DNA from: an uncultured Candidatus Rokubacteria bacterium
Lineage (GTDB): Bacteria > Methylomirabilota > Methylomirabilia > Rokubacteriales > CSP1-6
Reading direction: 5' to 3'
Length of the DNA: 64,000 bases
Assembly: GCA_963747235.1 (NCBI GenBank)
Contig: CAVVEU010000040.1
Span: forward strand, 288,001 to 352,000
Shown here: one piece after another, positions 33,135 through 42,927 of the stretch
Layout: every line of letters starts with the position of its first letter
How positions within the stretch are numbered: position 1 is the stretch's first letter
Translations under genes and position numbers: made by a program
The notes under the pieces: model-generated
Database searches by the model: none
The model's input: only the letters and a program-made list of their open reading frames with translations
What the model was told of the DNA's origin: nothing

Positions 33135-35378
33135 TTATGTGAGGGCGTTCAAGGCTGAGCCCGCCTTGAACCACCCGATCTGCTCGTCGGTCATCGTCTG
33201 CAGACACTGAATGGTGACGGTCTTGCCGTCCGGCTTGTGGATCACCACCTCCACCGGCTTGCCGGGCGCGAGCGCGGCCAGCCCGCGCACGCTCACGCGG
33301 TCTCCCTGCTCGAAGAGGTCGTAGTCCGACGTCTTGGCGAAGGTCAGGGGCAGGATCCCCTGCTTCTTGAGGTTCGTCTCGTGGATGCGCGCGAAGCTCT
33401 TGACGATGACCACCTTGCAGCCCAGGTAGCGGGGCGACATGGCGGCGTGCTCGCGGCTCGACCCCTCGCCGTAGTTCTCGTCGCCGATCACGATCCAGCT
33501 GATCCCCTTGGCCTTCAGATCCCGCGCGTTCGCGGTGAAGGTCTTGACCTCGCCGGTGATCGGGTTGGCGCCCTTGCCCGCCTCCCCGGTGAACGCGTTG
33601 ACCGCGCCCAGGAACATGTTGTCGCTGATGCGGTCGAGGTGCCCGCGGAAGCGCAGCCAGGCGCCGGCGGGGGAGATGTGGTCGGTGGTGGTCTTGCCCT
33701 TGGTCTTCACCAAGATGGGAAGCTCACCGAAATCTCTGCCATCCCAGCGCGGGAACGGCTGCAGGAGCTGCAGCCGCTCGCTGTTCGGCGCGATCGCGAC
33801 CTGCACGCGGTCGCCGTCGGACGCGGGCGCCTCGAAGCCCGCGTCGCCGCCCGCGAAGCCCTGGGCCGGCAGCTCCTCGCCCTCCGGCGCGGTGAAGCGG
33901 AACGGCTTGCCGTCCGGCCCGGGAATCGTCCCGTGCACCGGGTCGAACTCGAGCGTGCCCCCGAAGGCCAGCGCGGTGACGATCTCCGGGCTGGTCAGGA
34001 ACGAGAGCGTGGAGGCGCTGCCGTCGTTGCGCCCCGGGAAGTTCCGGTTGAACGAGGAGACGATGGTGTTGGTCTCCTCCTTGCCGACGTCGCTGCGCTT
34101 CCACTGCCCGATGCAGGGGCCGCACGCGTTGGCGAGCACGGTGCCCCCGATCTTCTGGAAGGTGTCCACCATGCCGTCGCGCTTGATCGTCTGGTAGATG
34201 CGCTCCGAGCCCGGCGTCACCAGGAACGGGGTCTTGGCCTTGACCCCGGCCTTGAGCGCCTGCATCGCGATGTGGGCGGCCCGCTTCATGTCCTCGTACG
34301 AGGAGTTGGTGCAGGAGCCGATCAGCGCCTGGCGGATGCCCGCGGGCCAGCCTTCCTTCTTCACCTCGGCGGCCAGCTTCGAGATCGGCCGCGCCCGGTC
34401 CGGCGAGTGCGGGCCCACGATGTGCGGCTCGAGCTCCGAGAGGTTGATCTCCACCACCTCGTCGTAGTACTTCTGCGGGTCGCGGATGACCTCGGGATCG
34501 GCCACCAGGTGCTGGCGGTGCTGCTCGGCGAGCCGCGCGATGTCCGCGCGATCGGTGGCGCGCAGGTAGGCGGCCATGCGGTCGTCGAAGTGGAAGAGCG
34601 AGGTGGTGGCGCCCAGCTCCGCGCCCATGTTGCAGATGGTGCCCTTGCCGGTGGCGCTGATGGACTCGGCGCCCGGCCCGAAGTACTCGATGATCTTGTT
34701 GGTGCCGCCCTTGACGGTCAGCAGCCCGCAGAGATAGGTGATGACGTCCTTGGGGGAGCTCCAGCCGGTGAGCTTGCCGGTGAGGTGCACGCCGATCAGC
34801 TTGGGATCGAGGACTTCCCACGCCAGCCCCGCCATGGCCTCGCCGCAGTCCGCGCCGCCGACGCCGATGGCGACCATGCCGAGGCCGCCCGCGTTGGGGG
34901 TGTGGGAGTCCGCGCCGATCATGAGGCCGCCCGGGAAGGCGTAGTTCTCGAGCACCACCTGGTGGATGATGCCGGCGCCCGGCTTCCAGAACCCGATGCC
35001 GTACTTCTTCGAGGTCGAGTGCAGGAAGTCGTAGACCTCGCGGTTCTCGTTGATGGCGCGCTGCATGTCCTCGGCCGCGCCGCTCTCCGCCCGGATCAGG
35101 TGGTCGCAGTGCACCGTGCTGGGCACCGCCACCTGCTTCTTGCCCGCCTGCATGAACTGCAGGAGGGCCATCTGGCCCGTGGCGTCCTGGAGGGCGACCC
35201 GGTCCACCCGCAGCCGGAGCTGGGCCTTGCCCCGGCTCCATTCCTGCTTGGCGAAGTCGTCGGCGTGGGCGACCAGGATCTTCTCGGCCAGGGTGAGGGG
35301 GCGGCCGAAGCGCCGGCGCGCCTGATCGAGCTTGCCGGGCATGGATTCGTACAGCCGCTTGACCTGGTCAACCGACAT
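33135..35378 (-). CDS. acnA: Aconitate hydratase (mitochondrial-like type)
   Basis: [60 protein letters not shown]. Confidence 0.96.
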   Translation of the reverse strand: MSVDQVKRLYESMPGKLDQARRRFGRPLTLAEKILVAHADDFAKQEWSRGKAQLRLRVDRVALQDATGQMALLQFMQAGKKQVAVPSTVHCDHLIRAESGAAEDMQRAINENREVYDFLHSTSKKYGIGFWKPGAGIIHQVVLENYAFPGGLMIGADSHTPNAGGLGMVAIGVGGADCGEAMAGLAWEVLDPKLIGVHLTGKLTGWSSPKDVITYLCGLLTVKGGTNKIIEYFGPGAESISATGKGTICNMGAELGATTSLFHFDDRMAAYLRATDRADIARLAEQHRQHLVADPEVIRDPQKYYDEVVEINLSELEPHIVGPHSPDRARPISKLAAEVKKEGWPAGIRQALIGSCTNSSYEDMKRAAHIAMQALKAGVKAKTPFLVTPGSERIYQTIKRDGMVDTFQKIGGTVLANACGPCIGQWKRSDVGKEETNTIVSSFNRNFPGRNDGSASTLSFLTSPEIVTALAFGGTLEFDPVHGTIPGPDGKPFRFTAPEGEELPAQGFAGGDAGFEAPASDGDRVQVAIAPNSERLQLLQPFPRWDGRDFGELPILVKTKGKTTTDHISPAGAWLRFRGHLDRISDNMFLGAVNAFTGEAGKGANPITGEVKTFTANARDLKAKGISWIVIGDENYGEGSSREHAAMSPRYLGCKVVIVKSFARIHETNLKKQGILPLTFAKTSDYDLFEQGDRVSVRGLAALAPGKPVEVVIHKPDGKTVTIQCLQTMTDEQIGWFKAGSALNALT

Positions 35379-35460
35379 GGTGGGCCTCCTCGACCGGCAG
35401 ACATACGTATCGCCTCCAACCCGCGGTCAGGCAGGAGGCGACTAGATAAAATCCGCACTT

Positions 35461-35489
35461 ACGCTAACATGACGCCCCGGGGAGGTCAA
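35461..35489 (-). promoter_or_regulatory. Sigma70-type promoter of the TCA cluster
   Basis: Minus strand TTGACC-N17-TAGCGT with a TG extension, about 80 nt upstream of the aconitase start. Confidence 0.65.
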
Positions 35490-35928
35490 GGGAACGGGCC
35501 CCGGCGACCGCCTCCGCGATCCGCCGGCGCACGTCCTCCATCTCGGCCGGGTCGGCGTAGCGCCCGCGCGGCCAGAAGAAGCCGCGAAGCCCGTCGCCCC
35601 GCCGCCGCGGCACCACGTGCACGTGGAGATGCGGCACGCTCTGGCTCACCCGGTTGTTGACCGCCACGAAGGAGCCGTCGGCGCCGAGCGCCCCCTCCAC
35701 CGCCCGCGCGAGCACGCGCACCGCGTCCCAGAGCGGCGCGGTCAGCGCGGCGGGCAGATCGCCGATGGTCTCCACGTGCTCGCGGGGGACCACGAGGCAG
35801 TGGCCGGGGAAGAGCGGCCGGTGATCGAGGAACGCCACCACCGCGCGCGTCTCGAGCACGAGGGCGCCCGGCTCTTCCGAGCGCGCGATGCGGCAGAAGA
35901 GGCAGCCCGCGACCGGGTCCGGGCTCAC
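35464..35928 (-). CDS. HIT family hydrolase
   Basis: CLFC, FLDHRPLFPGHCLVVP, QSVPHLHVHVVPR. Confidence 0.93.
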   Translation of the reverse strand: MSPDPVAGCLFCRIARSEEPGALVLETRAVVAFLDHRPLFPGHCLVVPREHVETIGDLPAALTAPLWDAVRVLARAVEGALGADGSFVAVNNRVSQSVPHLHVHVVPRRRGDGLRGFFWPRGRYADPAEMEDVRRRIAEAVAGARSLDLPGASC

Positions 35929-35938
35929 GGGTCCGCGG

Positions 35939-36634
35939 TCAGCCGAGCAGGCCGCGCACCGCGCGGCGCCGCAGCGCCAGGATGGACTCGGTCGGCGAGA
36001 TCTCCATCGGGCAGACGTCGGTGCAGTTGGCCTGGCTGTGGCAGCGCATCAGCGTGTCCTCCGAGACCAGCACCGCCGCGCGGTCGGCGTGGCCGGCGTC
36101 CCGGCTGTCGGTGGCCACCGTGAAGAGGCGGTTCAGCGCGGCCGGGCCCGGGAAGCGCTCGTCGTTCGCCACCATGGTGCAGGCCGACACGCACATGCCG
36201 CAGCCGATGCACTCGATCGCGGGATCGATGCGCTGCCGCTCCGGCGCGTCCGCGCCGACCGGAGCGAAGGCCGCCGGCTCCTCCTTCGGCACGAAGGTGG
36301 CGCCCACGCGCGCGGTCTGCTCGGCGAGCGGCGCCAGGTCCACCACCAGGTCGCGGATGAGCGGGAAATGGTAGAGCGGGCGCACGGTCACGATGCGGGT
36401 CTTGAGGCTCTTCAGCAGGGTCCGGCAGGCCCAGCGCTCGCGCCCGTTGATGACCATCCCGCACGAGCCGCACATGCCCACGCGGCAGGCGTAGCGGAAG
36501 GCCAGGGTCGGGTCGAGGCGGCGCTGGACGTCCACCAGCGCGTCGAGCACCGTCATGCCCTCCTTGGCGGGCACCCAGAAGCGCTGGATCCGCTCGCGGA
36601 AACCGGGAGACCAGCGGAAGACCTTCAGGACCAT
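35939..36634 (-). CDS. Second Sdh/Frd-type iron-sulfur subunit
   Basis: YACRVGMCGSC...WAC, CIGCGMCVSAC, RCHSQANCTDVCP. Confidence 0.9.
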   Translation of the reverse strand: MVLKVFRWSPGFRERIQRFWVPAKEGMTVLDALVDVQRRLDPTLAFRYACRVGMCGSCGMVINGRERWACRTLLKSLKTRIVTVRPLYHFPLIRDLVVDLAPLAEQTARVGATFVPKEEPAAFAPVGADAPERQRIDPAIECIGCGMCVSACTMVANDERFPGPAALNRLFTVATDSRDAGHADRAAVLVSEDTLMRCHSQANCTDVCPMEISPTESILALRRRAVRGLLG

Positions 36635-36954
36635 CGCCACCCCCACACCGCGGCGAAGATGAGCGCGGCCAGCGCCACCGCGATCACGAGCAGGAGCCGG
36701 TGCCAGCGCACCGGCAGGCCGAAGTCGAGCAGGATGGCCCGCGCGCCGAGCAGGCCGTGCACGAGCACGAGGGCCAGCAGGATCCCCTGCACCGTGCGCC
36801 AGTACGGCGTGCGCACGTGGAGCACGATCACCCCGAGGAGGGCCACCGCGGCGGCGCGCTGCACCAGCCAGGCCCACATCCCGGCCCGCGTGCCGCGCCA
36901 GCCCTCGGTGGTGGCCCACCGGCGCCGCAGGATCCGCCGGGGCCGCTTCGGCAT
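36625..36954 (-). CDS. Short SdhC/SdhD-like membrane anchor (~109 aa)
   Basis: GMWAWLVQRAAAV...VLHV...LVHGLLGARAILLD, three TM segments; overlaps both neighbouring genes. Confidence 0.75.
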   Translation of the reverse strand: MPKRPRRILRRRWATTEGWRGTRAGMWAWLVQRAAAVALLGVIVLHVRTPYWRTVQGILLALVLVHGLLGARAILLDFGLPVRWHRLLLVIAVALAALIFAAVWGWRWS

Positions 36955-38699
36955 CAGTCGCCGACGTCCACCGTCGTGGGCCGGCGCGCCGCGTCCGGCT
37001 TGAGCCGCGTGTAGCGCACCGGCTCGGTCCACACCTTCGGGCCCGCGCCGTCGGCAAAGCCGGCCAGCACCGCCACCGGCTCGCCCGCCGTCGCCGGGAA
37101 GTCGCGCCGGTAGTGCGAGCCGCGGCTCTCGGTGCGCTCGAGCGCGCTGCGGGCGATCAGCCACGACGCGGTGGCCTGGTTCTGGAGATTGATCCAGTCC
37201 TGCCACGCGAGGTTATAGGCCCCGCCGCCCCGGACCGCCACGCTCTCGAGCCGGCTCGAGATGTCCTCGATCTCGGTCAGCGCCAGCTTGAGGCCCTCGC
37301 CGGCGCGGATCAGCCCCACGTGATCCCACATGACCTGCCGGAGCCGCGCCTGCAGGGCGTAGAGGCTCTCGCTCCCCTCGCTGCGCGCGAGCGGCGCGGT
37401 GGTGGCCGCGACGGCCGCGTCCACGTGCGCGCGCGAGAGCTGCGGCAGCGGGCGCCCGACCACCCAGTCCGCCATCACGTCGCCCGCGATGCCGCCGAAC
37501 ACGGTGGACTCCGCGACCCCGTTGCCGCCGAGCCGGTTGGCGCCGTGCACGCCCCCGGTGTCCTCGCCGGCCGCGAAGAGGCCCTCCACGTCGGTGCGGC
37601 AGGCGCGGTCGATCACGATGCCGCCCATCATGAAGTGGGCGGTCGGCCCCACCTCGACCGGCTCGCGCGCGAGGTCGCGGCCGAAGTCGCGGCAGCGCCG
37701 CACCATGCCGCGGAAGCTCTTCTCGACCACCTCGGCGCCCAGGTGCGAGACGTCGATCCACACGCCGCCGTTGGCGGTGCCGCGGCCTTCCAGCACCTCG
37801 GTGTGGCAGGCGCGCGCCACCAGGTCGCGGGTGGACCGCTCGAGGCGCGTGGCGTCGTAGCGCTGCATGAACCGCTCGCCGCGGCCGTTGAGGAGCCGGC
37901 CGCCCGCCCCGCGCAGCCCCTCCTCGAGCAGCGCGCCGGTCATGAGCGAGTTGGGCACGATGAGCCCGGTCGGGTGGAACTGCACCATCTCCATGTCGCG
38001 CAGGCGCACGCCCGCGTGCAGGCCGAGCGCGATGCCGTCGGAGGACTTGTCGGCCGAGCAGGCGATGACCTTGTACATGGTCGGGCCGCCGCCCATCGCG
38101 AGCAGGATGGCGCGGGCGCGCACCACCACGAAGGTGCCGCGGCGCACGTCGAGCAGCAGCACGCCGCCCACCTGGCCGCCGTCGGCGCGGAGCAGCTCCA
38201 CCGCCCGGTGCTCCTCGAGCGGCCGGATGGACGGGCGCCGCCAGACCTGCTCGGTCAGGCGGTTCATGATCTCGATGCCGGTGAGGTCGCCCTTGTGGAT
38301 GGTGCGGTCGTGGCTCTGCCCCGCGAAGGGCTTCTGGTGGATGCGCCCGTCCGGGTGACGGTCGAAGAAGCAGCCGTAGCGCGCCTCCAGCTCGAGCACG
38401 CGGCCGGGCGCCTCGTGGACCAGGGTCCACACCAGCTCCTGGTCGTTGATCCACGCCCCGCCCTGCAGCGTGTCGAGCAGGTGCGCGTCGAGCGAGTCGG
38501 GCGCCGCGAGCACCGCGTTGTACCCGCCCTGCACCATGCGGGTGCAGCCGGCGCGGCCGAGCAGGCCCTTCACCGCCACCGTCACCGTGAGGCGTGGCGC
38601 GCGATCCGCGGCGTGGAGCGCGGCGCAGAGCCCGGCGCCGCCCGCGCCGAGCACGAGGATGTCGGTATCGAGGCTGTCGAGGACGAGATCGGTGGCCAT
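36954..38699 (-). CDS. Sdh/Frd/NadB-family flavoprotein without the covalent-FAD His
   Basis: GAGGAG, RAGCTRMVQGG, QFHPTG, LLEEGLRGAGG, ERSTRD, AHFMMGG, HGANRLGGNG, ESRGSHYR. Confidence 0.9.
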   Translation of the reverse strand: MATDLVLDSLDTDILVLGAGGAGLCAALHAADRAPRLTVTVAVKGLLGRAGCTRMVQGGYNAVLAAPDSLDAHLLDTLQGGAWINDQELVWTLVHEAPGRVLELEARYGCFFDRHPDGRIHQKPFAGQSHDRTIHKGDLTGIEIMNRLTEQVWRRPSIRPLEEHRAVELLRADGGQVGGVLLLDVRRGTFVVVRARAILLAMGGGPTMYKVIACSADKSSDGIALGLHAGVRLRDMEMVQFHPTGLIVPNSLMTGALLEEGLRGAGGRLLNGRGERFMQRYDATRLERSTRDLVARACHTEVLEGRGTANGGVWIDVSHLGAEVVEKSFRGMVRRCRDFGRDLAREPVEVGPTAHFMMGGIVIDRACRTDVEGLFAAGEDTGGVHGANRLGGNGVAESTVFGGIAGDVMADWVVGRPLPQLSRAHVDAAVAATTAPLARSEGSESLYALQARLRQVMWDHVGLIRAGEGLKLALTEIEDISSRLESVAVRGGGAYNLAWQDWINLQNQATASWLIARSALERTESRGSHYRRDFPATAGEPVAVLAGFADGAGPKVWTEPVRYTRLKPDAARRPTTVDVGD

Positions 38700-38717
38700 C
38701 GGTCCGTGGCCCCGAGA

Positions 38718-39266
38718 CTACTTCGCCGGCGCGGCCACCAGGGCGTCGAGGAAGGCGCGGCCGGCCTTGCCGTCCCACTCGCGGGTGCCCGCGGCCCGGG
38801 CGACCAGGCGCCCGTCGCGGCCGATCACGATGGTGGTCGGCGTGGCCCGCACCCGGTACTCGCGCGCGACCGCGCCGTCGCCGTCCAGGAGCACGGACGA
38901 GGTCACGCCCGCGCCCTTCACGTAGCTGGCCACCAGGTCCCGCGGCTCCTCGATGCTCACCGCGAGCACCGTGAACGGCTGGCCCTTCCGCTCGCGGACG
39001 ATCTTCTCGATGGCGACGGGCAGCTCCTTGCGGCAGTAGCCGCACCAGGTGGCCCAGAAGTAGACGAGCACGACCTTGCCCTGCTGCTCGGCCAGGGACG
39101 TCTTGCCGCCGCCGTCCACCTTCGGCAGCGAGAAGCCGGGGGCCCGCTCGCCGGGCAGCGCGTTGAGCTGGAGCTCGCGCAGGTACCGGTCGATCTCGTC
39201 GGCCGCCGCGGGCGCGGCCCAGGCGAGGCTTCCGGCCAGCAGCGCGCCCAGCACCACCCGTCTCAC
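38718..39266 (-). CDS. Exported TlpA-like thioredoxin
   Basis: Signal-like N-terminus, APGFSLP, FWATWCGYC, ATPTT; GTGA overlap with soxZ. Confidence 0.9.
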   Translation of the reverse strand: MRRVVLGALLAGSLAWAAPAAADEIDRYLRELQLNALPGERAPGFSLPKVDGGGKTSLAEQQGKVVLVYFWATWCGYCRKELPVAIEKIVRERKGQPFTVLAVSIEEPRDLVASYVKGAGVTSSVLLDGDGAVAREYRVRATPTTIVIGRDGRLVARAAGTREWDGKAGRAFLDALVAAPAK

Positions 39267-39592
39267 GTGACCTTGACCTCCGCGGTGCCCTCGAACTTCA
39301 CGCCGTGCGAATCGACGAACGTCACCTTGAGGGGCCCCGCCTCCGTGGCGCGAAAGGGAATCGTGAACATCGGGTTCTCGCTGACCGCCGTGGACGGCTC
39401 GATCACGGCGATCTCGCGGCCGAGGTACGTTACCACGATGCGGTTGACGAAGCGGTAGTTGCGATCCACCGACCGCCCGCCCTGTCGCTCCACCCGCTCC
39501 TGGGGATGGATGACCAGGGCCCGCACCCGCGCCACGCTGCCCCGGCGGACGCTGCCCGGCACGGCCAGCTTCACGGTCCCGATGTCGGCCAT
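39263..39592 (-). CDS. soxZ: SoxZ-like sulfur-carrier partner
   Basis: VRALVIHPQE, AVSENPMF, GPLKVTFVDSHG. Confidence 0.8.
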   Translation of the reverse strand: MADIGTVKLAVPGSVRRGSVARVRALVIHPQERVERQGGRSVDRNYRFVNRIVVTYLGREIAVIEPSTAVSENPMFTIPFRATEAGPLKVTFVDSHGVKFEGTAEVKVT

Positions 39593-39595
39593 GGC

Positions 39596-40082
39596 TCAGG
39601 CCGCGCAGCCCGCCACCGTGACGCGGACGTCGCGGGCGGCGATCCAGAGCGTTCCGTCGCCGGTCTCGGCGACGACGCGGACCGGCCCGCTGTCGGCCAG
39701 GCGCAGGTTGGTCGCCACGTAGGCCTGGCCGGCGGCCGGCGTCAGGCTGATCTTCACGTTGAGCGGGCGCGGGTTCTTCTCGGCGAGGATGTAGATCGCC
39801 TTGACGTGGTTCTCCGGCGTCATCGGCGACTTCACCTCGACCGCGATCGGCACCGAGGCGCCGTCCTCCGCGATGAGCGGCATGTCGATCGTGATGAGCG
39901 CGGCGCCGTCCTTGATCGGGCGGCCGCCGAAGAGCCGCTTCATCGTCTCGGCGATCGGCTCTTCCGGCGCCAGGTTGGCGAGGTAGCCCTGCGCGCGGGC
40001 GGGCCACGGGCGCCACGCCGCCGACGGCGGCGCCGAGCGCGGCCAGGCCCAGCCATGCGCGGCGCGTGAGCAGAGAGGTCAT
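39596..40082 (-). CDS. soxY: SoxY-like sulfur carrier with Tat signal; frameshift near 39995
   Basis: LTRRAWLG Tat motif; PLIAEDGASVPI, EKNPRP, C-terminal VRVTVAGCAA. Confidence 0.85.
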
Positions 40083-40122
40083 GGCTCTCAGGATGCCTTC
40101 GATCGTAGCCTTGTCAACGCCT

Positions 40123-42865
40123 TCACTCGATGCGGTAGGCCGACGCGTCGGGCTTGAACGCGCGCGGCAGCCAGAGCGGCCGGCGCAGCCCGTCGGGACC
40201 CGGCGCGGGCCGGGCCATCGCGAGCCACTTGCGATAGACCTCGAAGGACTTGTTGGTGTCCACCACCACGTCGCCGTAGCGATCGTTCGGGCCGGGCCGG
40301 CTCACCGTCACCTTCTGATGCCAGCAGTGCTGGCCGCTCACCGGATCGGGATGCACCGGGAACGTCAGGTTCTGGTGCACGCCCGCGTCCTCCCACCACA
40401 CGCGCTGCGAATCGGGATCGGCGCTCTCGAAGGGCCGCACCCCGTGCACGTGACGGAGACGCCACTCGCCCGCCCGCGGGTTCTCGAGCGTCACCAGCGC
40501 GGTGGACCAGCGCTCGCCGCCGGTCTGCTCGGCGAGGCGCCAGCGCCCCAGGTGATGCGAGCACGCGAGCACGCCCGGCCGGATCGACTCGGTCACCCAC
40601 ACCCGGTCCACGAAGTGCCCGATCTCGGTCGTGACCTTCAAAAGGTCGCCGGTCGTCACGTTATGCCGCGCCGCATCCTCCGGATGCAGCCAGAGCGGGT
40701 TGTTGTGGGAGATCTCGTAGAGCCACTTGGCGTTGCCGGAGCGCGAGTGGATCAGGGTCGGCAGCCGGAAGGTGGGCAGGAGCGCCATCTCGCCCGCGGC
40801 CCGGTTCATCTCGCGCCAGTGCACGTGGCTGCGCGCGTAGGTGGGCACCGCGTGCTCCGGCCACTTCCACTCCTTGAGCGTCCGCGAGTAGAACTCGAGC
40901 TTGCGCGACGGCGTCGGGAAGCCGCCCATCCACTGCCCGTCCACCTCCACGCCCTCCCCCGCCGCGACCGGCGTCTCGTGGGTGCGGTAGACGTTCTCCT
41001 GGATCAGGAACGCGCCGTACTTGCGCATGTACGCGAGCGGGGCCAGGCCCTCGCGCTCGGCGGCCGCGGGCAGGCCGGGCACGCTGTGCTCGAAGATCCA
41101 GCGGTAGAACTCCTCGATGCGGAGCTTCTCGCCGGGACGATAGGGCGACTCGAAGTACTTGCGGATCCCGAGCGCGCCGTCCGGATCGATGCGCCACGAC
41201 AGCTCGATCCAGAACTCGTCCTCCTCCCACACCTGCCCGAGCCCCGCCGCCTCGTGCGCCTGCCAGGTGAGGTCGAAGCGCTGGCCCTGCTTCTCGAGCG
41301 CCACCCGCAGCACCGGCTGGCGGAAGCCGATCCAGCGCGCGGCGTGGGTCTCCTGGCTCATGAGGTCGTGGCGCTCGGAGGCGTGCCCCATCGGCAGCAC
41401 GTAGTCGGCGAACCACGCGGTCTCGCTCCACGTGGGGGTGAGGCAGGCGTGGCGCTCCACCTTGGCCTCGTCGGTCAGCATCTCGATCCACGACATGCCG
41501 TCCGGATTGGTCCACACCGGGTTGTAGACGCGGGTGAAGTACATCGCGAGCTTGCCGCGACCTTCCTTCAGGAAATGCGGCAGGAGAAAGCTCATCTCGA
41601 AGAACGCGAGCGGGTACTCCCGCGGCATCAGGAGCTCGCTCCAGATCTTGCCCGGCGGCGGCATCATCGGCGGGGTCGGGCACCGCCTTGTTCCAGCCGG
41701 AGGGCGCGGTGCCGCCCGGCGTGGCCACCGCGCCCGCCAGCACCACCACCAGCTCGAGCGCCCGCGCCACTTCCCAGCCGTGGAGGTTGCCCGCGGCGGC
41801 GTTGCGCCAGACGTGGGTGGAGAGCGCGCTGCCGGCGCGGCCGACCTCGCGCGCCACCTCCTCGATGCGCGCGGCGGGCACCCCCGACTCGCTCTCCGCG
41901 AACGCGGGGGTGTACTCGGCGTAGAGCGTCTTCAGCGCCTCTTCGAAGGAGGCCATGGTGACCGGCAGCTCCGGCCGCTCTTCCCGCAGGTACTGCTCCC
42001 AGTTGACCCAGCGGCGGACGAACTCGCGGTCCCATGTGCCGTCGCGCAGCATGCAGTGGGCGATGGCCAGGAGCAGCGCGGCCTCGGTGCCCGGCCAGGG
42101 CGAGAGCCAGTAGTCGGCCATCGAGGCGGTATTGCTGAGGCGCGTGTCCAGCACGCAGATCTTGGCCCCCGCCATCTTGCCCTCCATGATGCGCTGGGCG
42201 TGCGGGTTGAAGTAGTGGCCGGCCTCGAGGTGCGAGGAGAGCAGCAGGATGAAGCGCGCCTTGCTGTGATCGGGCGAGGGCCGGTCGAGCCCGTGCCAGA
42301 AGGCGTAGCCCGCGCGCGCGGAGGCGGAGCAGACATTGGTGTGGCTGTTGTGGCCGTCGATGCCCCAGGCGTGGAAGACGCGCTGCAGATAGATGAGCTC
42401 GTGGCCCGGCCGCCCGAGGTGATACATCACTTCCTTCTGGCGGCCCTCGACCAGCGCCTTCCGGATGCGCCCGCCGATGTCGTCGAGCACCTCGTCCCAG
42501 GTCACGCGCTCCCACTTGCCCTCGCCGCGCTTCCCGGCCCGCCGCAGCGGGTAGAGGATGCGCTCGGGATCCGTGATCTGGTTGAGCGTCGCGGGCCCCT
42601 TGGCGCAGTTGCGCCCGCGGCTGCCCGGGTGCACCGGGTTGCCCTCGAACTTGTGGATCTGCATCGTCTTGGGATCCACGTAGGCCAGCAGCCCGCAGCC
42701 CGCCTCGCAGTTGAAGCAGATGGTCGGGATGAGCTGGAACCGCCGCTTGACCTTGGCCGGCCACGCCTTGGCGTCGAACTCCTCCCAGTCATCCCACCGC
42801 GCCGCCGGCGGGAACCGCTCGAGGCCGGAGGCCGGCGCCGCCAGCCCCCGCGCCACCGGGTGCAA
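40123..42865 (-). CDS. Molybdopterin (DMSO reductase/MopB superfamily) oxidoreductase catalytic subunit; frameshift near 41680; start uncertain
   Basis: TICFNCEAGC...GRNCAKG [4Fe-4S] motif, ERILYPLRR, GHNSHTNVCS, WSETAWFADYVLP..SER, LIHSRS, LWLHPEDA. No twin-arginine signal visible. Confidence 0.9.
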
Positions 42866-42877
42866 CGGCTCTGCTCT

Positions 42878-42904
42878 GGGGTCAGGTCTTGCATTACGAC
42901 ATTT
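42878..42904. repeat. Single arm of the 3939-4023 REP-like element
   Basis: GGGGTCAGGTCTTGCATTACGACATTT, 26 of 27 positions identical. Confidence 0.85.
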
Positions 42905-42927
42905 CCTCTGCGGTTTGAGGTTAGGGT

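Noticed and set aside
40123-42865. Selenocysteine or programmed frameshift in the molybdoenzyme
   Set aside because: No in-frame TGA at the ligand position (Cys is present). The break near 41680 lies in a G/C run, like the other assembly indels.
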